From contig OZ374563.1 in the NCBI GenBank assembly GCA_977862235.1, positions 1,984,001 through 2,048,000 on the forward strand: 64,000 nt of DNA, read 5' to 3'. The notes beneath the pieces are model-generated. The model had not been told where the DNA came from. It was given only the letters and a program-made list of their open reading frames with translations, and did not search any database. The position numbers and the translations under genes were made by a program. The stretch comes from Dudresnaya verticillata (Eukaryota). Shown here one piece after another: positions 21,801-32,507 of the stretch (positions within the stretch are counted from its first letter, which is position 1; each line of letters begins with the position of its first letter).

Positions 21801-23570
21801 GCCCGATGCAAGGTTGAAAGGATCTCGTCAACATGACGGAAGTGACTGTCGATATCATTCGAGAAGATGATCACATCGTCAAGGTAGACGAGGCATGAAC
21901 GCCACTTGTAACCAGCAAGCAGGATATCGAGGGTCCGTTGAAACGTGGCCGGTGCGTTAGTAAGTCCGAAGGGCATACGCTTGTAGCGGAACAATCCGGC
22001 ATGGCACGTGAATACCGTCTTGTCGCGATCTCGCGGGTTGATGGGCACCTGCCAGTAACCACTGTTTCAGTCTAGGGTGGTGCAGAGATTCGCTTCCCCT
22101 AGACTGTCAATACATTCGTCGATTCGCGGGAGAGGGTACGTATCCCGTACCGTTACTGCGTTCAAGCGACGGTAGTCAACGCAGAAGCGGAGTGTACCGT
22201 CCTTCTTGGGAGCAAAGACGACCGTCGACGCCCATGGCGATTGTGCGGGTTCGATAACCCCCTGACGCAACATGCGATCCACCTCCGCTTGAGCGAGTTG
22301 CCTTTGCTTTGGGCCAGCGCGGTAAGGCGGGGATGAAATCGGCCTGGAGCCGGGGAGCAAGTCAATATAGTGCTCCGTGGTTGCGATTTCTCCTAATGAA
22401 CCGTCCCACATCGACGAGTACCTGCGCAGCATCTCCTTCAGCCGTTCTTGATGTTCGGCTGAGAGATGACTCAGGTCCAACTCGTCCACGGACGGAGGTT
22501 TCGCTACAGTTGCTTCGATCGACTTAGCGAATGTATCCGGCTGTGCCGTTACTCCATCATTCGTTTGAAAACGGAAATCTTGATTCGCCTCTTCCTCCGC
22601 TGCCTGCTCCTCGGTGATACCTAGGACATCGGCCAGACTTATGTGACTGGGGAACACTGCTGTGGGATGTGGCAACGCGGTAGCGACGACTTGTCCTTTG
22701 ACGAGCGCTTGCGGGTGCGGGGAGAAGTTCGCGACGAGAATCCGGAACACTCTCAGCGGCTCTACTTGAGCGACTCCGTTAGTAACGGCCAAAGCTTGCC
22801 GATGATATAACGTTCCAAACGGTTGGATGGTAATGACCCCTGCTCGCTCGCTCGTTACCGAGATCCACTTTTGCGCCTGCGGCGGGATAATCGTTCGTTC
22901 CGCAACGCGTATCTTGGGCGACGTTCGTCCTCCGGTCGTGCCGTACTCTTGTTCCGTTGGCAATGGGGGGTACGACGGGGGACGGCGCAGCGGGCGGCGC
23001 GTTATAGGGACACGGGTCCCGTCGTCCAACTCAATCTCGCGACTCCGCGGATAAATCGCTTCGACAAAGCGGTCGCAAAAGTCGCAACCGAGTATAACCG
23101 GCGCAGCGAGCCGTTCACAGACGATCAACTCCAACTTGACAACCCTTCGTCCGAGACGTAGGACTAAGTCGATAGTGCCCCGGGTCTGAATCGCTTTGTT
23201 GTTAGCGTCTTATATGACGGGGAGACTCTTGGATACGATCCGTGATCGCGCTTCTAGCGGAATATCATCAATACGGATGAAATTCGGACCAGCCCCCGTG
23301 TCGAGGACAGTGAGTTTACGTGCCAAGGTACCTACGGGTACGCCTAGATCGGCGTATACCTTGTAGTTCCTTTTGGCCATTACGAACAACTGTCCCCGGG
23401 CTTGTGGGGGCTGGTACCTACGTCAGGGGCGCTTCAAGGACGTCTGTGACGAGTCTACCCGCCCATCGGCGTGTTTGTTAACTAAGTTCGGGCCCTCCTT
23501 CCGTGTCAGCACCCGAGGCGGAAGCCTCTCTGCTTGGTGCGACACCCCAGTGTCAGGAGTTGGTACCCTT
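18833..23570 (-). pseudogene. pol: Element A pol (PR, dUTPase-like segment, RT, RNase H, integrase, chromodomain) with two in-frame stops (23210-23212 and 22067-22069)
   Basis: LDTGAGPN, RFCVDYRRLN, LD*NSGYWQ, YLDD, RNase H DAS, HHCC, DDE integrase, GPY and chromodomain EYVIERV...YRVKWFGY...NTWEP. Confidence 0.95.
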
Positions 23571-23571
23571 A

Positions 23572-26034
23572 TTAGTTTTTCGCCTGCGGCGGTTGTAGCG
23601 GCGCTGTGTAGCGATTGACCACCGTTGGATGACGTTCTGCTGCATGCGGCATAGGTCCGCCTCGTGGCGACGGGGGTCGCGCTGCACGGCGTGATGCTTC
23701 GCGCGCAGCGCGTTCCTTGTACCGAGTGTGCGCATCGGCGGGGACCCCCGCCTGCTCAGCGTCTGTTAAGCCTTCGTAGTTGGCGATCGCTTTCATATAC
23801 TCGCTCATGCGGAGGAAGCAGTCCGGTGCGATGTGGCCACGGGCATAACACTGATGACAGATCAACTGCCTGCGAGCGTCTTGACGGAGCGGACCGCTGT
23901 CTTGCCAACCTGGCCTCGCCCGATGGACGTGGGGGGCATACTCCGAGTACGGGACGCGTGGCGCGAGCACGACGGAACGCCCAAAGGCGAGTGTAGGGTC
24001 CATTGCCTCTGTGTCCTCGTCTTCGACGTAGCTGTCCGTTGGTAACGCTGAAGTTGGCACTGATGCTTGTTCATCAGCCAAATAGAGATCGCCATCGGCG
24101 TGTGTTTCCATATCGTCCGCATGACGGGTAACATCACGGAACTCAACGGAGGACTCCGCTATCATAGCGCGCGCGGCAGGCTTCGTATCCCTCGTCTGTT
24201 GACGTAGAACCGTTCGGTTACCGCCAATGGCGGGGCGCAATGCGCGAGCGGCTTGGGCCGGGGCCAATATATCCCGTCTGACTGACGTCGAGCCGGCCCT
24301 GCCGTGTCTTGCGCGTTGCGCTTCACCTTCGTCCTGCGCGAAGTGGACTAAACGTTCAAAAGATAACTCCGCCCTCGGCGTTTCTTCGCGGAAGCGGGCC
24401 ACTAAGGACCTGATCGTCGGGTATAACCCATCGATGTACAGTGTCATCTTTTCCCATTCGGGATGAACGTTACCGCAAAGAATACATGCGCCGGCGAGTC
24501 TCATGCCGTAAGTCGTTTCGTCTTCGCCCTGCTTCTGACTAGTCGACCGCAGGGCGAGGACAGCGTCTCGAATCGCCCAAGGTGTGGCGTACGTGCGAAG
24601 TAGGTAGTGCACCGCCTCCGGGTACGATGATACGCCGCCGCGGTGGCGAGAGGACGTCGATTTGACGGAGCGGAATTGCGTGGCTGCCGTGCCCTTTAAG
24701 AAGTACGGCAGCGCGACGAACGCTTGTGCTTCGCTCATCTCTAGCGTGTCCGCTTCATCCGCGAACCGCGTTAAGAATTCGAGGACCATGACGGGGTCGC
24801 TGCCGTTGAAGGCGGCGTCCTTCATCGTTAACTCGAGTCGCTTGATATGGTCTTTGACCTTCCCGGTTTCGCGACCGGAGCGCTTCTGTCCCACGTCTTG
24901 GAGACGGTATGTGCGGTACGATAGTAACTGGTCGAAGAGAGGATTGGAGGGGCTCAGCTCCTTCAGTCCCTTGTATCGCTTTCCGCGGGGTCGCATTGCA
25001 CTGCCGTGAGCCACGTAGTCGTCATCGTCTGACGACGAAGAGTCTGTTGACCCGCCGTCACTAGACGTGTCTGAAGAGGATGAGGATGAGTCCCCTCACC
25101 GGCGACGGTTCTTCTTCCGTCCGTGACGCGACTTGCGGCGTTTCTTGCCTCGTCTCCTGCGATCTTTGCGTCGTCGACGGTCTTCTTCGGAACTATCGTC
25201 GTCGGACGGCGGCCCTTGGCGCCATTTGGCGGTTTCCAGTCGCTCTAAGCGGGTTGCCAATCGTTGAAAACGTTCGCGTGAATTCAGTTCCGACTGGGAC
25301 TGGACCGTCAATGCCGTTGCCTGCTGAGCATCTACCCCTTGGTTGGGGTTCGTCATCAGACGGTCGAGGTCGGAACGGAGTCCTTGAAGGGCACCGTCCC
25401 GATCTTCTTCCAACGTCTGTAGACGGCTGAAGATACCTCCGACATTGTCGTCGAGCATCTCCGCGAATCGAGCGAGTAAGTTACCGTCTTCGGCGATGCA
25501 TACTTCCCTAATCCGCTCGCGAGGTATCGTGAGATTACCAACGCGGGCGGATGCTGGGGACGCCATTGGCGGTGTGTGCGCGGGGGTCGACGCCTGCGGC
25601 GGAACTCCCGTGCTGCGCGGTTGCGCTAACGGCCTGGCCGGTGAACATCCGGCACTGCCGTGGGGTGAGGGACAACAGCCCCTTGGGATTGGTGATTCGT
25701 CTACGACGTCGCGCCCCGCAGGGCGTCTTTGGTCGTCGTCGACGGGTATGGTTGGTTGGTGGACCGGAACTTCCGGTTGTTCTTCGACGATGTCGGCTTG
25801 GGCTCCGTCCTCGACGGGTCGCTGTTCGGCTTGTACCGTGTCAGCGGAATCCACGTACGAGTGGTAGGTTCGGAGGGCCGATTCGTTGGGAACGGTGGTG
25901 CAGATGACGATGGGTATCGGCGGGGGAGGTATTTCTCCCCTGTTGAGCGATATATGGGAGTGGTCGTGGCCTGGGCCGGTCGGGAAGGCCGATGCGATCT
26001 CGGGGCTCACGAGGCGCCCAGATCTCGTTGTCAT
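23572..26034 (-). pseudogene. gag: Element A gag with a premature in-frame TGA at 25096-25098
   Basis: ORFs 25096-26034 and 23572-25014 are in the same frame. LSYRTYRL, FNGSDP, YPEAVHYLLRTYA and zinc knuckle CHQCYARGHIAPDC; ends G-AAA-AAC-TAA. Confidence 0.9.
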
Positions 26035-26237
26035 CCGCTGTAGCGACCGCTCCGACGCGGGGACACTCCCCGGCGTCGATGACGGTCTTCTTGAACTGGG
26101 GCCTCACGACGGCGGCGGTCGTGAGGCCATAATGCAGTCGTAGAGTTGCCTGAACGTCGTGGACGATTAGCGACGGACGTCTAGAGACGGAAAGTCAGAC
26201 GTCGCACGACGGAGTAACTCGTTGAAACGTAGCACAC

Positions 26238-26255
26238 TTCTAGGTCGGGAGACCA
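26238..26255 (-). other. PBS of element A
   Basis: TGGTCTCCCGACCTAGAA, 2 nt from the LTR. Confidence 0.92.
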
Positions 26256-26257
26256 GT

Positions 26258-27177
26258 TGTAGTGCAAAACGTCGTTGACGAACACTGCCGAGCAGTTCGG
26301 GGCTCGGTGGGTAGCTGCGCCCTCGGCGATGGATGGTTCCGCCGTGGGCGACTTGTCGGTAGAGCAAAGGAACACGCCTTGGGCGGACTGTAAACGCCAG
26401 AGGCGGAAAGTGTGGAGGAAGGGAAAGGGAAACAGAAAGAGAACACGTCAAGGACGATGGTAGACGTGGAAGCACGGGAGGTAGACGCTTAGCCGTAGGC
26501 AGCGGTAGGATACGCGCGTGCGGAACGGGGAAGTCTGGACCAAGGCCGGCTTGCCGGGGTTTACTGTGACGTCTGAGACGGATCAACTAAGTAAGGATTA
26601 CCTAGCGGCGGCGACGCGGATGTACGCGTAACGCGGGAACTCGGGACACGTGTTGTCCCGAGGCGCGTCTGACAGATCCGTCCGTCATGCAGCCGCGCTC
26701 CTGACAGATCACGCGTAGCTTCCCTGATCGAATCCTTACACTCACACGTGGATCCTTTCCTTACAGCCGCATGCGCCCCATGGCGCGAGCGATCTCGATC
26801 CGTACCGATCCCGATCCAGTCCGGATTCGGGCCAGCGATGCGGATGCGCCAGGCTTACAGGCGCGTGCCTTACACCCCTTAATCCCGATATGGGATCCCG
26901 ATGTGGGATCCCGATTGGATCCGGATTCGGGCCACGCTTACAGCGAACGTTCCCGCCACTGCGCCACGCGCGCACGCGTGGCGCCGTACAGTGGCCGGGT
27001 TCCGGCGTGCGGTCTGCACGCCCAGCGAGCCGTTCTGGCCCGAGTGGCCAGCGGCATGCGTCGGTGACGTGTTTGCGCCGCGGGCGGGTTGAGCGCGCCG
27101 TTGGCGGTCGTCCGTCGGTAGACGCTGAATATCAACCCGCTTGAAAGCGAAAACGGGGGACCCCCCCTGGCACTACA
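26258..27177 (-). repeat. Element A 5' LTR
   Basis: Direct repeat of 13946-14865; PBS is adjacent. Confidence 0.97.
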
Positions 27178-27634
27178 CTTCTCGGGGGGAAACAAAAGGG
27201 GATACACGTCAAAGACGGACATTGACGCGGAAGCGTGATCGTCGCAACGCGTAGCCAACGTCGTTAGCGGCAGTGACGCTAACGAGCGAAGGGGCGAAGT
27301 GTGAAGGCAGACCGGCTTGCCGGGGTTTACTGTGACGTCCTAGACGGGTTACCTAAGTATTACTACTGCTGCGTGGGCGACGGCGGTGGCGCTGCGGCGC
27401 GCGGGAACTCAGGACACGTGTCGTTCCGTCGTGCGTCTGACAAGCGCCCTCGGAATGCAGCCGCGCGCCTGACACATTTGCCCACGCCACCGCGCGCGCC
27501 GCGCTATTGTTTACACTTACACGTGTTCACGCACCGCGCTTACAGACTCTTGGTCCCATTGTCCTCCGCTGCCCTGTGACACGTGCCACGTGTGCAAGTA
27601 TGCCACGGGGCGCGGCCGTGCCCCAGTAACTACA

Positions 27635-28536
27635 CCCCACGCGTTCTCTCAACCCGACATTGCCGTCACTATCCGCTGTGAGCGGGAGGTCTGGTTCTTG
27701 ACCAAGTTGCCCGACAAAGTGGAATGACAAGCGCCATCGGCGGAAACAGGGATCACGAGCGGGTTCGCGCCTCGAGCTCGATCCGAGCCGCCAAAGGCGG
27801 TAAAAACGAGACGGGAGGTATCCGTCTAGAACGGTACAGAGCGCCACTGGCGTGGGATAATTTGCACCATAAACAGGACCTGTATCGTCGGTCTGATGAC
27901 GTTCTTCTCGGTTCAGCCGATGTCGTAGCGGGGACTTCTTCCCAAGCTCCTCGACGGCAGGAACCGTATTATACTCGCGTTTTCTCAGGATGCACGGAAA
28001 ACCTGTTGAGGTAGTCTCACTCCGGGCGTCACTCCGCCGTGAGAGGGTACTTATAAAAACGGATTAAACCGTAAAACAACTTGTGCTTGCTCACAGATTT
28101 GACGCTACTCTGGAGCTTAATCTGAAGCGTAGAAACCGTCGACAGTAAGACGACTAGGGTTTTGCCCTTCGAGAGGTTGGACCCTTGAAAATCAACGGAC
28201 ACTCCGTCCTGGTTTGACTTCTCGATTCGGCCTGTCGATGGCAAGGTAGAAAAAGGGTCCGACCCTGAGAACTTGTTCTAGGTCGGGAGACCACTGTAGT
28301 AGAATGGCCCTCGGCCAGGTAGTCGGCGATAAAACGGCGCGACAGCTGTCCTGGGGACAAACACGCACGGTGGGCGGTAGCTCAAAGGAAAAGGGAAAAA
28401 GGGGTGTGGTAGAGACTTGTAATGGGTGTAATACCCAGGAACAAAGAAAAGGGAAGGCGAACCCTACAGCGTAGAGAAATCGTCCTACACGATAGGGCTT
28501 GTAGACGCCAAAGGCAAGGGAACAACGGTGGCACCG
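27635..28536 (-). mobile_element. Element D remnant: leader, PBS (28276-28293) and first part of its 5' LTR (28295-28536); related to E, opposite orientation
   Basis: Same PBS; LTR edge TGTAG at 28295; leader block 28083-28162 is homologous to E 29270-29347. Confidence 0.8.
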
Positions 28537-29136
28537 TGTGCCATAACGGCGATTTGCGCCAAGTGGGCGCTCGACGCTGTAAGGCGTAACGGGCCAATGC
28601 CCTGTAAGGCGCTGGCATTGCTGGACTGCGCCATGATGCGACACGTGATTGGCGTCTGGCGCGAAATCATCTGCGCCTCAGACGCACAATTGGCGCCTGA
28701 TCATTGGTGCGGCGTTGGGATATTTCCCGATTATACGCCGCCACAGGGGCGTAGATCCGCCTCCCATTGCTCAATGTAATTCGTGTACAGTACACTGTAG
28801 TAGTTAGTATTAGCACGGGCACAAGCCCTATTTATTGGTCCCCTGAATAGCAGGGCACCCCTGATTGAACCCCACGGGGAGTTTCTCGGTCTTGACCATT
28901 TTCTGGATTCCGGGCGCTTCCCGTTCCCGTTTTGGACGCCAAATACAGGCTCGTCACCGTACGGCAGGTTCCCTGCGGAATACCGGGTCGCGTCCCCCTT
29001 TTCCTTTTCCTTTTTCCTGGCCTAGCGCCATTCTACCAAAGCCTCTACCACACCCGAGCTACCCGTGAGCACGACGGTTCCGGACAGGTGTCCTTTGTTC
29101 TTTTTGCTCTTCCTGGGCTGGACCCGTTGTGCTACA
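28537..29136 (+). repeat. Element E 5' LTR
   Basis: TGTG...GCTACA; direct repeat of 51849-52448. Confidence 0.96.
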
Positions 29137-30078
29137 TTGGTCTCCCGACCTAGAAGTGTTCTGGGTTGGTTTCCCCTTTCTTCCTCAACCCTGGTTGGTT
29201 AACTCAACGAGTACAAGACTCAAGACGTTGTTTCGTGTCAAGGACGAGTTTCCCGGCCAACCGGTGTTGAAACCCTAGTCAGGATTGTTGACGGTTTCTA
29301 CGCTCCATCTCAAGCCGCTGAGTAGCGTCAAATCAGTGGCGAGCACGTTTATTCTTGGAATTACAACCGGCCCTAGTGGCCATTTAGAAGTTGCCGTTGA
29401 GGGCGTGACTGACGCCCCCCTCAAGACTGCTTCGACAGGTTATCGGTGCATCCTGGGAAAAACACCGTTCTTTTGTACAGGCCGTGCCAGCGCACAAGTT
29501 GGAGAGTCCTCTTGGAGAAATCGCTGGTAGCCCTGAAGTCTACCAAGGCTTACGTACGAGCACCGTTCTCAAGCTGGAAAGGATTCCCCTTCGACGCATC
29601 GTCTCGTGCGAGAAACACTTACGGAACGCCGGTTGGCGCATCGGGAAAAAGTCCCATCGACCCACCGGTCCTTCCGGAATTACTACCTATTTTTGGGACG
29701 GGTTATTAGTCCCATACCCTCGAAAGAATGCCGACATCAAACGGCGATACAACCCGGCCGAGCCTCATCGGCCGTGGTGGCAGTCGTGCCGGAAGTCTTT
29801 CCTCAGTCCGTATCTCGGGCGTTACCACCCGTTCGGGGGCTGCCGCGCTAAGGCGCAGTCCTTCGGACGGACGATTGGGGCGACGCCAATTCAACGGCAA
29901 CGCTCCCGACGAAGAAGGTCCCGAACCAAGATCAAACCGCGAACGACCGCCATTGGTCGGACGTTCTAGGCCCGACCTTGTTCTCGGGACTACTCCCGGT
30001 TTAATGCCGAACCCTGGAAGGGATTCGGCCTCGTTAGAAGGAAAAATGACCCGGTCAGAACCGTAAACATCCACACAA

Positions 30079-32496
30079 GTGGATGGGAATGAGGACCAGG
30101 GTCCAGGAATGATGCCAGAATCAGGGCGACTCCCCAGTGGACGATCGACCGATTACGCGGCACCGACAGAGATCGACTCGGCGCCTGGATATCGGCAGCC
30201 GAACCGAACGAATACCAATTCGGAGGATGTCCGATGCTTTACGGAATCGGAAATTCACCGAATGGTCGCTGATGGTGTTGGTCACCTCGTGGCGACCCAG
30301 ATCAGACCGCTTGCCGCAGCACAGGCTGATGAAACACTCACGCGTGTAAAACGCTACATTGATGAGTCAGCCGCTCGCCGAGATGAACGGATACTGACCT
30401 TGTGTCAAGAGGAAATGACCGGCCGCATCCGCCACTCCGAGACAGGACAGAGAGTGGTGGATGAAATGGAATCACTCGATGCGAGGATAGAATCGCTCGT
30501 GGAGCGGGTGGAAACGATCCACGGAGATTTTGAGTCCCTCACTCGAGTAGTGGACCTCTCACGGGAAGAAGCATCCGAAGCAGTTCGGATCCTTCGTCTC
30601 GAGGGGAATGACGCCACGTGCGTGGAACAGGATCGAGCAATCGCGCTCTTAAGGAAGGAGCTAGACGACGAACGGCGTCGGGTCAACATAATCGAGACTC
30701 GTCTCCGGTTATGCCTTCTTGAGAAGAACTTACCTCCTGAAGTGGAGCGACGCCGGAGCCCGGTGCCAAAAGGGACTCGAGACCGGCGACGTCATTCGCC
30801 CAGGAGAGAGTCCGATGAGGAATCGGTACACAACCATTCGGATAGTGAAAATCCGCGCGCTGCGCATTCAGGTTGCAAAACCTGCCGTACTGGCACAGGG
30901 GCTGAATCCCGTCGGAACCGGGATGAACCACGTCGGTCGGCGCCGCGGCGTCAGCCGCAGTTCTCCGAAAAGGATAGTTCCCCACCGAGGAGTTCATCGC
31001 GCCCCTCTTGGCGAGGACCGAGGCGCTCAGACGTTAAGGAGCTGGATCCGCAGAACCCGGCTTTCATTCAGGTTCTCTCTTATCGACGCTATCGTCTGCT
31101 GAACCTGGACCAATACAGGGGTCCAGAAGTCACGGAGGACACGTCGAAAAAGATCAAGAGGATCAAGTCCGTAATGAAGAGTCGCAAGTTCGACGGAAGC
31201 GATCCAGTTGCGATCATTGGCTTCTTAGCCGCTTTGAAGCGCCAACTGGACCAAGCCAGGATAATCGAAGGAGCAGCAATCCTTGTGCTTCCCGAGTTCC
31301 TGGATAAGGATGCGCGAGACATGTTCGAAGCCAACTTCGACGTGGTAGGGGATGATAATGGAGCATTCTCCGAGTGGCCCGAGGCCGTCAATTACCTCCT
31401 ACGCACACATGCGAAGGATGCGTACATCGAGAGGATAGCCTCGGAAATGGACCGTATGGCACAAGCCGAGGATGAGGACGAAGTGAACTTCTCACGACGC
31501 CTCCAGAATAAGGCTCGAAAGGTCGCGGGTGTGTATACAGAACAGGATCTGATTACCCAGTTCATCCGTGGACTCTTGCCGGCCACCAAGCCGTTACTGA
31601 GCAATTCGGGTTTAGACCCACGGACGGCAAAGCTTGCCGACTATGTGGAACTGGCTCCTGCCCAAGGTGACTCACACCGGGCCCTCATGGGCGCTGGTCG
31701 TCGAGAGCGTGTCTCTGGTACCTCAATGTTGCGACGAAAGTCCTCAGTTAAATCCAAGAAGGCCGACCGGGCGCTACTGGTCAGGCAGGGACGTCCCAAC
31801 ACTGAGGTCGCGTCAAGTGACAGTGGTGGCTCTACAAGGACTAGCTCCGATTCTGAGGACGCCGTGGTGGCGGCCATCGACAGCCAAGCGCCGGATTCGT
31901 CCGTAACAAATTCGGGGGTCTGGTCAACAGCCCCGTCTGATGGTACGGAGAGCTATTATGACTCCGTCAGTGCGGTACTCTCCAACCAGAATCCGAGGCT
32001 TCCCTCGTGGGCCCAACCATCTCGCACACAGCGTCCCGGCTGGTTAGTGGTGGAAGATAGGCCGAATGACATCTGCTTCGAATGTCTGGGTATCGGGCAT
32101 AAAAAGCCCAATTGTCCATATCTGGCACGAACAGACGAGCGTGGCTTCTCAAAGATACTACGTAACCACTACGCCCAACTCTCCAGGGAGCAACGGGAAT
32201 GGCTGTCCATCGTGGGCCGTTCGCCATCATTTGCGAATGAAATGCGTCCCTCGGATCCAGGTCCTCAAAATTCACGCCGACATTTCAACGAGGGCACGAC
32301 CAGCCCGCACCCGGAAAACAGGGGGGCACCCCGACCGACAAGTCCCCAGGTTCAGTTCGCCGACGCACTCAACCATCCTGTGGATAGGCCGCGGAGTAAC
32401 CCCCGCTCTCCTCGCCCGAGTGGCAGACCATTCCCACCTCCTCCGCCTTTACCGGCATCCCCATCAGCACGACACGGCCGTGTGCCGAAAAACTAG
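30079..32496 (+). CDS. gag: Element E gag
   Basis: LSYRRYRL, FDGSDP, WPEAVNYLLRTHA and zinc knuckle CFECLGIGHKKPNC; ends G-AAA-AAC-TAG. The true start is probably a downstream ATG. Confidence 0.9.
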   Translation: MDGNEDQGPGMMPESGRLPSGRSTDYAAPTEIDSAPGYRQPNRTNTNSEDVRCFTESEIHRMVADGVGHLVATQIRPLAAAQADETLTRVKRYIDESAARRDERILTLCQEEMTGRIRHSETGQRVVDEMESLDARIESLVERVETIHGDFESLTRVVDLSREEASEAVRILRLEGNDATCVEQDRAIALLRKELDDERRRVNIIETRLRLCLLEKNLPPEVERRRSPVPKGTRDRRRHSPRRESDEESVHNHSDSENPRAAHSGCKTCRTGTGAESRRNRDEPRRSAPRRQPQFSEKDSSPPRSSSRPSWRGPRRSDVKELDPQNPAFIQVLSYRRYRLLNLDQYRGPEVTEDTSKKIKRIKSVMKSRKFDGSDPVAIIGFLAALKRQLDQARIIEGAAILVLPEFLDKDARDMFEANFDVVGDDNGAFSEWPEAVNYLLRTHAKDAYIERIASEMDRMAQAEDEDEVNFSRRLQNKARKVAGVYTEQDLITQFIRGLLPATKPLLSNSGLDPRTAKLADYVELAPAQGDSHRALMGAGRRERVSGTSMLRRKSSVKSKKADRALLVRQGRPNTEVASSDSGGSTRTSSDSEDAVVAAIDSQAPDSSVTNSGVWSTAPSDGTESYYDSVSAVLSNQNPRLPSWAQPSRTQRPGWLVVEDRPNDICFECLGIGHKKPNCPYLARTDERGFSKILRNHYAQLSREQREWLSIVGRSPSFANEMRPSDPGPQNSRRHFNEGTTSPHPENRGAPRPTSPQVQFADALNHPVDRPRSNPRSPRPSGRPFPPPPPLPASPSARHGRVPKN

Positions 32497-32507
32497 ACTG
32501 GGGGACC

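Larger units (their letters stand above)
13946..27177 (-). mobile_element. Element A: full-length Ty3/Gypsy chromovirus-like LTR retrotransposon with antisense ORF
   Basis: 920-bp LTRs at 13946-14865 and 26258-27177 (TGTAGTGC...GCACTACA, 2 mismatches seen). TSD CTTCT at 13941-13945 and 27178-27182. PBS 26238-26255, PPT 14866-14879. Confidence 0.97.
13774..27634. repeat. LTR G (~620 bp; ~13774-13945 plus 27183-27634), related to the A LTR and split by insertion of A
   Basis: 27183-27480 aligns with the A LTR (GGGAAACA..AG.G..ACACGTCAA.GACG; CCGGCTTGCCGGGGTTTACTGTGACGTC; GCGGGAACTC.GGACACGTG). Ends TAACTACA at 27634; left edge is approximate (TATAGCCA). No TSD. Confidence 0.6.
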
